Shown here one piece after another: positions 19,529 to 28,917 of a DNA stretch of 64,000 bases (positions within the stretch are counted from its first letter, which is position 1; every line of letters starts with the position of its first letter). The notes beneath the pieces are model-generated. The model was not told the origin of the DNA. It searched no databases and saw only the letters and a list, made by a program, of their open reading frames with translations. The stretch covers positions 46,708 to 110,707 of the forward strand of contig LCDA01000002.1 in NCBI GenBank assembly GCA_000998275.1, written 5' to 3'. The DNA is from Candidatus Collierbacteria bacterium GW2011_GWA2_42_17. GTDB taxonomy: Bacteria > Patescibacteriota > Microgenomatia > UBA1400 > MFAQ01. Position numbers and translations under genes: made by a program.

Positions 19529-19565
19529 CCCCGCCTAACCACGGCGGGTTTTTATTGGTCAATAC
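19529..19565. terminator. Rho-independent terminator; copy 2 of the 36-nt repeat. Bidirectional, since it overlaps the 3' end of folD.
   Basis: Same hairpin plus T-tract as 18957..18994. On the minus strand the hairpin is followed by a T-rich tract only partly (revcomp of aaccac...). Confidence 0.75.
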
Positions 19566-20352
19566 TCGACAGACTCTCAAAAAGGGACACAATGGTTAGA
19601 GGGCCAACCCCACCCGGAACTGGGGTGATCATCAAAGCCTTTTCAAAAGCGTCGTGAGAAAAATCACCGTTCGTATATCCCAAGTCGATTCCTATAAAAC
19701 CATCATCAACCATTTCTCCTTTTATAAGCCCCGCGACTCCCGTCGCCGCAATCACCACGTCATATTTTTTCAAACTCATCAGGTCATCTCCTTTATCCAA
19801 TCCCGTTACTTGATACCCTAATTTTTGTAATCGGAGTGTCAGTCTTTTTCCCACTTCGCCCATTGCCCCAACAACAACAATTGTCTGTTCCTCATCCACA
19901 TTAAATATTTCCAAAACTCTCTCCACTGCCCCGACAACCGCCGGAATGAACCTAGATTTCGGGTTTAGTCCGTCTATATCCTTTTCCGGATTAATCGTAT
20001 ACAAAATTTGTTCAGTTTCCTCTTTACTAGCCCCTGTTATCGGCAACTGTACCAATATACCGTCTACTGTTTCGTCGGTATTGGCATCCGCCAACATCTC
20101 CCTCAACTCCTCCTTGTTTTTTGCAAATGACACCGTTACCAAAACCCCAAGTCTCTCCCCCATCTCCCGTTTCAGACGTACATAAATACTTTCTTCTGCA
20201 TGTCCGTCACACTGCAAAATCAAAAGGCTCTTTCCTAAAAGCTTTTCCGACTCCTCCAAAAATTTAGCTACTTTTTCCGCTTCTTTCTTTCCGTCTAATA
20301 CTAGTTTGGGCATGGGTATTTTTTGCAAATTACTAATAACGCCGTTTACCAC
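19552..20352 (-). CDS. folD: Bifunctional methylenetetrahydrofolate dehydrogenase/cyclohydrolase
   Basis: Conserved PVPGGVGP motif, a Rossmann-type segment (VVVGAMGEVGKRL), and 266 aa. Confidence 0.88.
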   Translation of the reverse strand: MVNGVISNLQKIPMPKLVLDGKKEAEKVAKFLEESEKLLGKSLLILQCDGHAEESIYVRLKREMGERLGVLVTVSFAKNKEELREMLADANTDETVDGILVQLPITGASKEETEQILYTINPEKDIDGLNPKSRFIPAVVGAVERVLEIFNVDEEQTIVVVGAMGEVGKRLTLRLQKLGYQVTGLDKGDDLMSLKKYDVVIAATGVAGLIKGEMVDDGFIGIDLGYTNGDFSHDAFEKALMITPVPGGVGPLTIVSLFESLSSIDQ

Positions 20353-20378
20353 CTTATTTGCGTAGATCTAATTGTATC

Positions 20379-21005
20379 TCAAATCAAACCAAACTCCTTC
20401 AGGGTAACCAGAGAATCATCCAGTACCTTAGGAATACTTTGCGACACATCAATCACTCTCCAAAAATCAGGATACTTTACCGACAACTCCAGATATGCAT
20501 CCCGTACCCGGGAATGAAACGCGAGCTCCTTCATGTCATATCTGTCTTTGTCATCACAGTTCATTTTGCGCACCATCGCCAGTTCCGGCGCCAAATCATA
20601 ATGGAGTACCAGGTCCGGCATTAATCCCTTCGTCGCAATCTTAGAAACCGCAACGATAATCGCCTTATCTACCTTCTCCGAACTTTGATACGCATAGCTA
20701 CTAAACCAGTATCTATCCAGAAGCACTCCCTTACCCTCCCTTAATCCCTCCAAAATCGGAATCACTCTCGTGTTGATGAGATTAGCTCTCGATGCGCTAT
20801 ATGTTAGAAAGGCTGCCATTGGATCAATCTCAATACCGTGAGTTTCCTGAACCGCAGTACGCAGTAACTCACCGTAATCCGTACCTCCTGGTTCTCTAAA
20901 AAATTTCCAATCCTGAAGATACTCTCTGATTCCTTTAATGGCCGTTGTTTTGCCGCTTCCCGATCCTCCCTCAATCACCAGCAAAGGTTTTTTATTCTCG
21001 GTCAT
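20379..21005 (-). CDS. tmk: Thymidylate (dTMP) kinase
   Basis: P-loop LLVIEGGSGSGKTT and the Tmk signature REPGGT. 208 aa. Confidence 0.85.
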   Translation of the reverse strand: MTENKKPLLVIEGGSGSGKTTAIKGIREYLQDWKFFREPGGTDYGELLRTAVQETHGIEIDPMAAFLTYSASRANLINTRVIPILEGLREGKGVLLDRYWFSSYAYQSSEKVDKAIIVAVSKIATKGLMPDLVLHYDLAPELAMVRKMNCDDKDRYDMKELAFHSRVRDAYLELSVKYPDFWRVIDVSQSIPKVLDDSLVTLKEFGLI

Positions 21006-21333
21006 TTTCTGTCCTTTGAATTGCTAAAAATGTCTCTCTTATTTCTTGCGGTAACTCTGCCTTTGTATCTCTCACATATCTACGGTACTCTTCCAGCACT
21101 TCCTCTTCCGTCGTTCTCCTCACCCTTAAACTATCCTTGTCATCCGAAGTCGATATTGTTTTTTCCAGTATCTCACCCTCTCCACCAACATACTTTTTAT
21201 GAAACGCGCTTTCAAATATTCTTTCTGTCATGAAATAACTTAAACCAATTTCTCTCTTTTGTCTACCATCTATACACATATCCATATATACGCACATAGG
21301 CATCTTCTCTTTTTTTCTTTCCACAAAAATCAT
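20992..21333 (-). CDS. Hypothetical protein (113 aa)
   Basis: ORF overlapping the tmk start by 14 nt. No family match. Confidence 0.35.
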   Translation of the reverse strand: MIFVERKKEKMPMCVYMDMCIDGRQKREIGLSYFMTERIFESAFHKKYVGGEGEILEKTISTSDDKDSLRVRRTTEEEVLEEYRRYVRDTKAELPQEIRETFLAIQRTENDRE

Positions 21334-21370
21334 TTGACAACCAACTCGCTCTCTGCACTACAATACCTCC

Positions 21371-22972
21371 ATGGACCGAAAAGAAGCATATCCCTCAGTT
21401 GAGCTGTCCCGATTTAAATCCAGGGTCTCTTTAATTCTTCACTCGACAGCCCCAATTAATACCAGCTCTTTTACTCCGGAACAAATTTCCCTCCTCAACT
21501 CGGCCACCACCATCGTCAGTGCCGCGGCCCGAACTTGTTACTCTTCAGAAATCCAAACTCCTCTTGATTACCTCCAAAAATCAGATAAATATCGTCAGAT
21601 CTCCGATAGTGTCGTCATTAGCACCAAAGAAGCCGGTCACAACACCACACGTCAGCACGCAAGCTACACTTTTGCTCTGGAAAACATCTCTCGATTGGCA
21701 ATAAATTTTCTCCACTCACAACCTTTCTACAACTCCGAAGAAATGTCCCAACGTTACGTCAACATGGCCGACACCAGGTCTCTCACTCCCGACACCGGCA
21801 ACGAAGACCACAACCGCGCCCTCTCTGAAGCAGCCACCTCGCTCAGCACCGCCTACAATCATCTTCAAGAACTCCTCACCCCTACCACCAGGAAATTTAT
21901 TCTTGAACGCTTTCCCGGGCGTGACACCGAGGCTTGGAGAAACAAGATTAACAATGAAGCCGGCAAAAAATCCCAAGAAATTGCCCGCTATCTTCTTCCA
22001 CTTGGTATGCCTACCAATCTTCATTTCACCATCAACGAACTAACTCTCAAACGTCTCTATCATCTCTCGCAAAACCTCCCCATTACCAACGAACTATCCG
22101 CCATTATTCAGGGCATGGTAGACGTAGCCATATCTACCGACCCCTCACTCCAACAGGAGTTAGACAAACCTCTTCCTATTCTGGCTCGTCCAAGATATAA
22201 CCCCAAAAACACTGACCATCACTCTGAAAATATCGCTATTATCGACAACCTATCTCCCATCTCTCCCAACATCACTCGAGCTGTCCGTCACATCCTTGGA
22301 GTCACTTCAGAGGAAATCTCTGATGATGATGCCCTCAAACTTGTTTTCGATCCCAACATTAATCCCTTAATGACCCAAGTTGATGGCGACGGTGTCATTG
22401 ATCATCTTTCCCAAAGTCTTAATCAGGTGAATCTTTCAGTCGAGCTCTCCCTAAGCCATACCGCCAACTACCAACTCCATCGTCATCGCTCTCTTAACCA
22501 CACCACCCCCTTAATCATTCCTCTTCCTCAATCCGAAAGCGACTATGTTATCCCCACCATTCTCGACTCTAATCCTGAAGCTTATGAATTCTTTTTGGAA
22601 ACTCTCGCCCTTCATAGCCAAAAACTCCAAAACCTTTTTGACCAAGGCATTTCCCTCGAACATCTCCAATATCTACTCCCCAACGCCGTTCGTATCCATA
22701 AATCCGTTTCTGGACCTTTTGGAGCCTGGTATCACTTTCTCAAAACCAGAAATTGTTTTAATGCCCAAGAAGAAATCAATGCCATCGCCACCTCAATCAC
22801 CAAACAAATAATCGACATTGACCCGGCTCTCGCTCCCCATCTAGATCATCTCGTCCCTTGCGGTCTTCGCAAAGAATCAAACGTCAAACCATACTGTCCC
22901 GAAGGTGCTCGCTTTTGTGGCGTACGTATCTGGAACCTTTCCGTCAAAGACTATCCCCGGCGTAATATCTAA
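21371..22972 (+). CDS. thyX: Tandem two-domain flavin-dependent thymidylate synthase (ThyX)-like protein
   Basis: Both halves align to the ThyX fold. Half 1: GHNTT..FTF...AI......SQRYV then LPLGMPTNLHFTINELTLKRL. Half 2: LHRHRS.. then LLPNAVRIHKS...FLKTRN...AQEEI. The gene lies next to tmk. 533 aa, against about 220 aa for a single-domain ThyX. Confidence 0.55.
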   Translation: MDRKEAYPSVELSRFKSRVSLILHSTAPINTSSFTPEQISLLNSATTIVSAAARTCYSSEIQTPLDYLQKSDKYRQISDSVVISTKEAGHNTTRQHASYTFALENISRLAINFLHSQPFYNSEEMSQRYVNMADTRSLTPDTGNEDHNRALSEAATSLSTAYNHLQELLTPTTRKFILERFPGRDTEAWRNKINNEAGKKSQEIARYLLPLGMPTNLHFTINELTLKRLYHLSQNLPITNELSAIIQGMVDVAISTDPSLQQELDKPLPILARPRYNPKNTDHHSENIAIIDNLSPISPNITRAVRHILGVTSEEISDDDALKLVFDPNINPLMTQVDGDGVIDHLSQSLNQVNLSVELSLSHTANYQLHRHRSLNHTTPLIIPLPQSESDYVIPTILDSNPEAYEFFLETLALHSQKLQNLFDQGISLEHLQYLLPNAVRIHKSVSGPFGAWYHFLKTRNCFNAQEEINAIATSITKQIIDIDPALAPHLDHLVPCGLRKESNVKPYCPEGARFCGVRIWNLSVKDYPRRNI

Positions 22973-22983
22973 AAATTTCTCTC

Positions 22984-24834
22984 TTAATCGGAAGGTTTTT
23001 CTTGTTCTTGTTCTTGTTCTTCTTTCTTTGCCCCCGGCTTGTGCCAGCTGGCCCAAGTACAGTTTGGATAGTCTTCGCAACCATAAAAATCTCTCCCCGT
23101 TCGTGTCTTTTTAAGTACTACTCTCTTGCCACACTTTTCGCACTTTACCCCTGGAACATACTCAATAAAAGGAGCCGTATACTTACACTCGGGATATCTC
23201 GAACAAGATAAAAACTTCCCAAACTTACCGTCGCGAACTACCACTTCGCCTTCATGACAAAGCGGGCATTTCTTTCCTGTACCTACCGTCGGCACACCCA
23301 CCCTTGCACTATCTTTGTCTACTCTTAGAATATTGTCTCGGAACAAACCCCAAAAATTACTTAACATCTTTTTCCATTTAAGCTTTCCCTCGGCTATATC
23401 ATCTAGCTCACTTTCCATTTTGGCGGTAAACTCATAATCCATCTCCTTCGGAAAGTTTGTTACCAAAAAATCTACCACGGCCACCCCTATCGATGTCGGG
23501 AAAAACTTTCTTTCTCTCTGCTCCACGTAACGTCTGTCTATGATTGTCGAGATAATCGCCGCGTAGGTACTTGGCCTTCCAATACCTCTTTTTTCCAACT
23601 CTTTAATCAATGAGGCGTCATTAAATCTTGCCGGTGGTTGAGTGAACTTTTGCTCCCCAACTACCTTATTCTTTTTCAGTTTTTCGTTTACCTCCAACAT
23701 CGGTAAAATCTGTTCTTCGTCTTTGTCTTTATCTTTCAGAAACAACTTCTTCCACCCGGCAAACTTTATCACCGCTCCGGTTGCCGTCAGCTCGTTTTCC
23801 CCCGCCCTTACGATTACCTTGGTATCGTCGAAAATGGCATCGCTCATCTGGCAACCTACCGTTCTTCTCCATATTAATGAATAAAGCTTTTCTTGATCAT
23901 GGGCCATCTCCTGTCCGGTAAATTTATCCGGTGAAATCTCTATATGTGTCGGACGAACCGCTTCGTGGGCTTCCTGGGCAACCACTTTTCCGGCCGTTTT
24001 ATACACTCTGGGTGTACCCGGCAAAAACTCGGCCCCATATTTTTCACCAATGAATTTGCGAATCTCTTCAATCACCGTCGGCACCAAGTTAAATGAATCG
24101 GTACGGTGATAAGTGATATCACCTTGCTCGTAGAGTTTTTGAGCCACATTCATTGTTTTCTTCGCCGACCAACCCAAAACATTAGCTGCCGCCTGTTGTA
24201 AGGTGGAAGTTTTGAATGGTGAATGGGGAGCAGTTCTTCTCTCGGACTTTTTAACACTATCAACCAAGTACTCAGCACTTTCCAGCTCTGCCAAAACTAC
24301 TTTTGCCTTTTCCCCTTCATGAATATCGGCCACCTTTCCTTTAATCCGTGCCAACTCGACTTCAAACTTCTCTCCTTTCTTCGTTTCCACCTCCACTTTT
24401 ATCTGCCAGTACTCTTCCGGCTTAAACTTCTCAATCTCTCTTTCCTTCTCCACAATCAAACGCACCGCCACGCTTTGTACTCTTCCGGCCGAAAGACCAC
24501 GACGAACCTTCTTCCACAAAATTGGTGACAGTTTGTAACCTACCAAACGATCCAGAAAACGTCTGGCCTGCTGGGCATCAACCAAGTTAATATCAATTGC
24601 TCTCGGGTGTTCTAGAGCCTCCATAATGGCTTCCTTAGTGATGGAATGGAAAGCAATTCTCTTAAACACCAGTTTCTCTTTCTTGGCCAACTTCCTTGAG
24701 TTCTTGAGTATGTGTTCCACATGCCAGGCAATTGCTTCTCCTTCACGGTCAGGGTCGGCCGCCAGTATCACTTCATCAACCTTAGCTGCCGCATCTTCCA
24801 GCTTCTTTACTGGAAGCCAAAATTTGGTAATCAC
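22984..24834 (-). CDS. topA: DNA topoisomerase I; main ORF with a GTG start. The canonical N-terminus is encoded in another frame (see 24782..24898).
   Basis: Toprim DxDxEGE (ADPDREGEAIAWH), type IA core motifs, and C-terminal Zn ribbons (CPLCHEGEVV, CEKCGKRVVLK). The first Toprim strand with the catalytic Glu is absent from this frame. Confidence 0.85.
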   Translation of the reverse strand: MITKFWLPVKKLEDAAAKVDEVILAADPDREGEAIAWHVEHILKNSRKLAKKEKLVFKRIAFHSITKEAIMEALEHPRAIDINLVDAQQARRFLDRLVGYKLSPILWKKVRRGLSAGRVQSVAVRLIVEKEREIEKFKPEEYWQIKVEVETKKGEKFEVELARIKGKVADIHEGEKAKVVLAELESAEYLVDSVKKSERRTAPHSPFKTSTLQQAAANVLGWSAKKTMNVAQKLYEQGDITYHRTDSFNLVPTVIEEIRKFIGEKYGAEFLPGTPRVYKTAGKVVAQEAHEAVRPTHIEISPDKFTGQEMAHDQEKLYSLIWRRTVGCQMSDAIFDDTKVIVRAGENELTATGAVIKFAGWKKLFLKDKDKDEEQILPMLEVNEKLKKNKVVGEQKFTQPPARFNDASLIKELEKRGIGRPSTYAAIISTIIDRRYVEQRERKFFPTSIGVAVVDFLVTNFPKEMDYEFTAKMESELDDIAEGKLKWKKMLSNFWGLFRDNILRVDKDSARVGVPTVGTGKKCPLCHEGEVVVRDGKFGKFLSCSRYPECKYTAPFIEYVPGVKCEKCGKRVVLKKTRTGRDFYGCEDYPNCTWASWHKPGAKKEEQEQEQEKPSD

Positions 24835-24898
24835 TCCCTAAATACTTCCCTAAGCTTTTTGTTTTGGTAGGAGACTCAACAATAATTAGTTTATTCAT
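24782..24898 (-). pseudogene. topA: Out-of-frame 5' fragment of topA encoding the canonical N-terminus (MNKLIIVESPTKTKSLGKYLGSDYQILASS...)
   Basis: An ATG at 24898 opens a frame whose product matches the TopA N-terminus (IVESPxKxK.L.KYLGSDY). It hits a stop after 38 codons. The main ORF sits in the +1 frame downstream of an a4t3 homopolymer at about 24819-24826. Confidence 0.6.
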
Positions 24899-24994
24899 TA
24901 CTTATAAAAATATACATTAAAACCGAACCAGTATTCTACAACATTAAAAAAATAGCAAAAATGCCCTCCATTTCTGGAGGGCAACGTAATCAAA

Positions 24995-26092
24995 TTATTG
25001 AGGTTCCGCGGGAATATTCATTATTGGTAGAGTTGAACTACCTAACCAATACCTGGGGTAAGCCCCATCCCAACCCAACGCTAGCAAGTATTCTATATAC
25101 TCCGGGGTTAGGTTTTTCTGAATCGCAGCCACGGCCTCAGACTGGGCTTCCGCTTCAGCCGTAATTCGATAGGCTTCGGCATCAGCCGCCAACTTCACCG
25201 AATCAGCATTACCTTGAGCCTGAGTTACGTTCATAATCGCATCTGCCTCAGACTTCCGCTTGGTCACCAGGTAATTCGTCTCAGCGGCAATTACGTCCGC
25301 CTTCTGTTGTTGGGTGTTGATCTCGGTCTGCTGCAGGGCCTGTTGTTTCTGAAACTGCATCTGCGAGACGCTGTCCAGATAGGCATTGACCTTGTCGTCG
25401 TAATCAAAATCGACGATTGCTAGCTGACTAACGTATACCAAGGGTGTTTCGCCATCGGATGACATCAGTTGAGCCTGCAACTCACCTTCAACCGAAGACT
25501 CCATTACCTGACGCTGGCTGGCCACAAAATCGTAAGTGTTTTTACCCTGAACTTGTTTCAGAGTTGATACCCAGATCTTCTCCACCCAACTTTCCAAGTA
25601 AGTCTTTCCGTACTTTCGATGTAGCTCAAGAATTGTTTCTTTGTTTACTTGAGCCCAGCCGCGAGCCGAAAAGAAAACCACCGGTTGTCCAGGAGAACTA
25701 GAGCTGGCTGACACCCCACCATCTTTAGCCGGTGTCGAACCAATCTCAATACTCCGCAACTGGGTGTTATACACAAACACCTTCGTAATCAGCGGTGTGA
25801 CGCTTTTGGTAAATGGCCAGACATGGGTTCCAGGGTTTAAGATATAGAGTTCACCCGTCCAGGTGTTCTCAACCACACCGACCTGAGTTGGCGAGATCTG
25901 CACTGCCGCTGAAAAAACAATCGACAGCAACAGACCAGCCACTACCAAGGAAATCGGCAACCGATATACTTTACTCGGTTTTTTTTCTTCTGACCCATAC
26001 CCTTCTTCCCGGTCGTTTAAAAACGCGTACGCAAACAAACCAATCCCGGCGACAACTATCAACCAAAACAAGATCTTCAACAAAACTAGCAT
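24995..26092 (-). CDS. SPFH/band-7 (stomatin/prohibitin/HflC-like) membrane protein
   Basis: N-terminal TM, a band-7 core, and a C-terminal coiled-coil rich in A, E and Q. 365 aa. Confidence 0.7.
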   Translation of the reverse strand: MLVLLKILFWLIVVAGIGLFAYAFLNDREEGYGSEEKKPSKVYRLPISLVVAGLLLSIVFSAAVQISPTQVGVVENTWTGELYILNPGTHVWPFTKSVTPLITKVFVYNTQLRSIEIGSTPAKDGGVSASSSSPGQPVVFFSARGWAQVNKETILELHRKYGKTYLESWVEKIWVSTLKQVQGKNTYDFVASQRQVMESSVEGELQAQLMSSDGETPLVYVSQLAIVDFDYDDKVNAYLDSVSQMQFQKQQALQQTEINTQQQKADVIAAETNYLVTKRKSEADAIMNVTQAQGNADSVKLAADAEAYRITAEAEAQSEAVAAIQKNLTPEYIEYLLALGWDGAYPRYWLGSSTLPIMNIPAEPQ

Positions 26093-26176
26093 TTTTGCCT
26101 CCTCGCAAACCTAAATGTGAATTTAAAGAACTCGAAAATTATACAAAATAAAACCCAAATAGTCAAATATATAAGC

Positions 26177-27691
26177 CTATTTTAAGAACAAAGGAACCAT
26201 CTCTTTGGCAATTGGTGCCGCCACGGCACTTCCTTCTCCACCCTCTTCGACTAAAACCGTCACTACCACCCAATCCTTTACATTGTTTCCGACGGGAATC
26301 ACCATCGTCAGCCAAGCATTTGGCATTGTATCCTCCCCACCTTTTTGCGCTGTTCCGGTTTTGCAATATATTTTTCCACCATAACTATACAAGGGAAAGG
26401 CAGTACCCCCGGTACTACACACCGCCTGCATTCCCTCCAGCACAGTCTTTCTGTTAGTCTCATTAATCTTCAAGTCGACACAGGTACTTGCCCCAACCAA
26501 CCTGGGCGAGCATTTTATCCCGGATACTACCGCCGCCGTCATCATATTTATCTGCAAAGGAGTGGCCATTAAATCTCCCTGGCCAATAGCCAAGTGATAG
26601 GTATTTCCCAAAAACCACTTCTCGCCAAAAGTTTTCTCTCTCCAGTAAGGCGATGGCATAAAGCCGCTAGACTCTCCCGGTAGATCAATTCCTGTCTTTT
26701 CCCCCAATCCCAATTTTTCACTCCATTTAACCAGATTATCTATTCCCAAAGCCTCCCCCGCTTTATAAAAGAAAATATCATTACTGCGAGCAATCGCTTT
26801 CACTACGTTTATCTGTCCCTCTGTCTGACCATATTTATCTAGTAGCCAGTTCCCAAAACGATAAGCCCCAATTACAATTTCTCCGCTATCGGCAATCAAA
26901 GTATCTTTGGTTATTTTTTTCTCTTCCAAAGCCGCCAAAGCCGGCACCAACTTAAATACCGAACCTGGTGCAAAATCCCCAGACAACGCTCTGTTAAACA
27001 AAGGCTTCTTTTCCGTGTTTGAAAGCAGACTCTCCACATCTTTAAACTCTCCCCCAAAGTCACTTCTTTTTCCGTCTGCAATAAACAGATTCGTGTCATA
27101 AGACGGCACGGAAACCAAAGCCAAAACTTTTCCGTCAACTGTCGTTACCAACACCACTCCACTCTTCCCTGTTTTTTCTAAAGCATTTTTCAGTGCCAAA
27201 AAAGCCGTTTGTTGTACCGACAAATCCAGATTCGTCACCAAATTTTCACCGGGAACCGGACTCTTTCTCACCATTTCCGTCCGTCTTGTTCCTTGGGCAG
27301 TTTCTTCAACCACAGTTTCACCAGGAGTTCCAGCCAGTCTCTTTTGATACTGGCTTTCCAGTCCGGATATACCGACCAGAATGTCTCCGTTAACCCCCGA
27401 ATCAGTTGGTTTTCCGATATAGCCAACAACTCCGGCCGTCACTTCTCCAAAAGGATAAAAGCGCACCACTTTCCCATCGTTCTCAATGTTCATTGCTATA
27501 TTTTTCCCGTTTTTATCGGTTATCACCCCTCTCTTGGCTTCGATAAACTCTACTCGAACCATATTTCCCTTAGCTAAATCAGTGAAATGTCCACCCATAA
27601 ATACCGTCAAAAAAAACACTCTTGAAAATCCCACGGCAAATAAAAGGATGAGAATCATACTGGTCAGTCCAAATGACTTGTTCTCGGACAT
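26177..27691 (-). CDS. mrdA: Peptidoglycan D,D-transpeptidase (penicillin-binding protein 2)
   Basis: N-terminal TM and transpeptidase motifs (SVFK = SxxK, plus a KTG-like KTGT). Lies directly downstream of mreD. Confidence 0.85.
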   Translation of the reverse strand: MSENKSFGLTSMILILLFAVGFSRVFFLTVFMGGHFTDLAKGNMVRVEFIEAKRGVITDKNGKNIAMNIENDGKVVRFYPFGEVTAGVVGYIGKPTDSGVNGDILVGISGLESQYQKRLAGTPGETVVEETAQGTRRTEMVRKSPVPGENLVTNLDLSVQQTAFLALKNALEKTGKSGVVLVTTVDGKVLALVSVPSYDTNLFIADGKRSDFGGEFKDVESLLSNTEKKPLFNRALSGDFAPGSVFKLVPALAALEEKKITKDTLIADSGEIVIGAYRFGNWLLDKYGQTEGQINVVKAIARSNDIFFYKAGEALGIDNLVKWSEKLGLGEKTGIDLPGESSGFMPSPYWREKTFGEKWFLGNTYHLAIGQGDLMATPLQINMMTAAVVSGIKCSPRLVGASTCVDLKINETNRKTVLEGMQAVCSTGGTAFPLYSYGGKIYCKTGTAQKGGEDTMPNAWLTMVIPVGNNVKDWVVVTVLVEEGGEGSAVAAPIAKEMVPLFLK

Positions 27692-27692
27692 T

Positions 27693-28112
27693 CTAATAGT
27701 TTATTCTAATCGTTTCTGTTCTCTCAAACCAGGACAGCGCCAAAAGCCCCGACAGCAATACTACCAGCGTCTCCCACAAACTCCAACTCAGTCCAAAAGC
27801 CATATCAAAAACAACACTGCATACCACTCCCAAAAGCACCATTACCCAACCCATCTCTTTTCTAGTGCTCATAATAATAGAAAGTCCGCCGATTACAACC
27901 AGTATAAACAAGCTCGGTAAACCAATCGACAAACCTCGTAAAACCGAAATCAAAATACCCACCCCAAATGCCAGCCAATAAACTCCATTCCAATTTAATA
28001 GGGTCAAAAGAAATGGCCAAAAAAGACCCCACCCCAGTACCCCCTCACCCAAAAGTACCATTATCAAAAGAGTTAAAACTGTTTTTGTGGTATTCTTGGA
28101 TTGCTTATCCAT
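27693..28112 (-). CDS. mreD: Rod shape-determining protein MreD-like (polytopic membrane protein, 139 aa)
   Basis: Four to five hydrophobic helices and a position immediately upstream of PBP2. ATG start at 28112. Confidence 0.55.
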   Translation of the reverse strand: MDKQSKNTTKTVLTLLIMVLLGEGVLGWGLFWPFLLTLLNWNGVYWLAFGVGILISVLRGLSIGLPSLFILVVIGGLSIIMSTRKEMGWVMVLLGVVCSVVFDMAFGLSWSLWETLVVLLSGLLALSWFERTETIRINY

Positions 28113-28883
28113 AATTTTATGACGTCAACTAAGATTAATTTACTACTCTTACCTCTGTTGGTCTCCATCCTACTATCAACTGCCGGCAAACTCAAGATAG
28201 GTAAAACACTAGACAACGTCTTCTATACCATTTTAACCCCTATTCATATGCCGGTAGGCTACCTCCGCCAAGTAGCCGACACCCAAATATCTTTCATCAG
28301 CAGTCTCCCTAAACTTAAACAGCAAAACAAAGACCTAATATTCCAAAACTCGCGTCTACTTTCTGAAAACGAACAGCTCAAACAATCCATCGTTGATTCG
28401 AAAACAGCTATCCTTACCCAAAACTTCAAGTCCGTTCTTCCTGTACGACTTACCGGCTCCATTGGCAACAACTCCGTCTCCTCATCCCTACCTCTGGACA
28501 AAGTCAAAAAAGGCCAACCTCTAATTTTTGGCAAAATTCTTCTCGGCACTGTTGCCGATGTCAAAGGTTCGGTTATCAATATCACCCCCCTGGATAGTGA
28601 TCATATCGAGGTTTTTCCCGTACATACTTCCTCTGGTCAAAAAGGGCAGTATAAATTTATTTCTAACACTCCCCAAATTACCGACATTCCCAGTCTCTCA
28701 CCGATCACCTTTGGTGACTACGTTTTTACCGAACCAGGAGAACTCATTCCGGGAAATCTTATTATCGGTAAGATAACCAAGATAATCTCCGCTCAACAGG
28801 AACCTCTCCAAAAAGCCCAGATAAAACTGGAAACAACTTTAAGAAACACAACTGACGGTCTGGTAATCATTCTTGAACCATAA
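28101..28883 (+). CDS. mreC: Rod shape-determining protein MreC; the probable start is the ATG at 28119
   Basis: N-terminal TM, a coiled-coil (LKQQNKDLIFQNSRLLSENEQLKQ), and C-terminal beta domains matching MreC (GDYVFT.EPGELIPGNLIIGKITKI...GLVIIL). Encoded on the strand opposite to mreB, mreD and mrdA. Confidence 0.75.
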   Translation: MLIHNFMTSTKINLLLLPLLVSILLSTAGKLKIGKTLDNVFYTILTPIHMPVGYLRQVADTQISFISSLPKLKQQNKDLIFQNSRLLSENEQLKQSIVDSKTAILTQNFKSVLPVRLTGSIGNNSVSSSLPLDKVKKGQPLIFGKILLGTVADVKGSVINITPLDSDHIEVFPVHTSSGQKGQYKFISNTPQITDIPSLSPITFGDYVFTEPGELIPGNLIIGKITKIISAQQEPLQKAQIKLETTLRNTTDGLVIILEP

Positions 28884-28917
28884 AAAAGCCCCCGTCCAAA
28901 ACGAGGGCATTCCCAAT

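Noticed and set aside
24626-24841. Plus-strand ORF 24626..24841 near the topA start as an alternative gene
   Set aside because: It is antisense to the topA 5' region and has S/A-rich low-complexity translation. The minus-strand TopA N-terminal match explains this region better.
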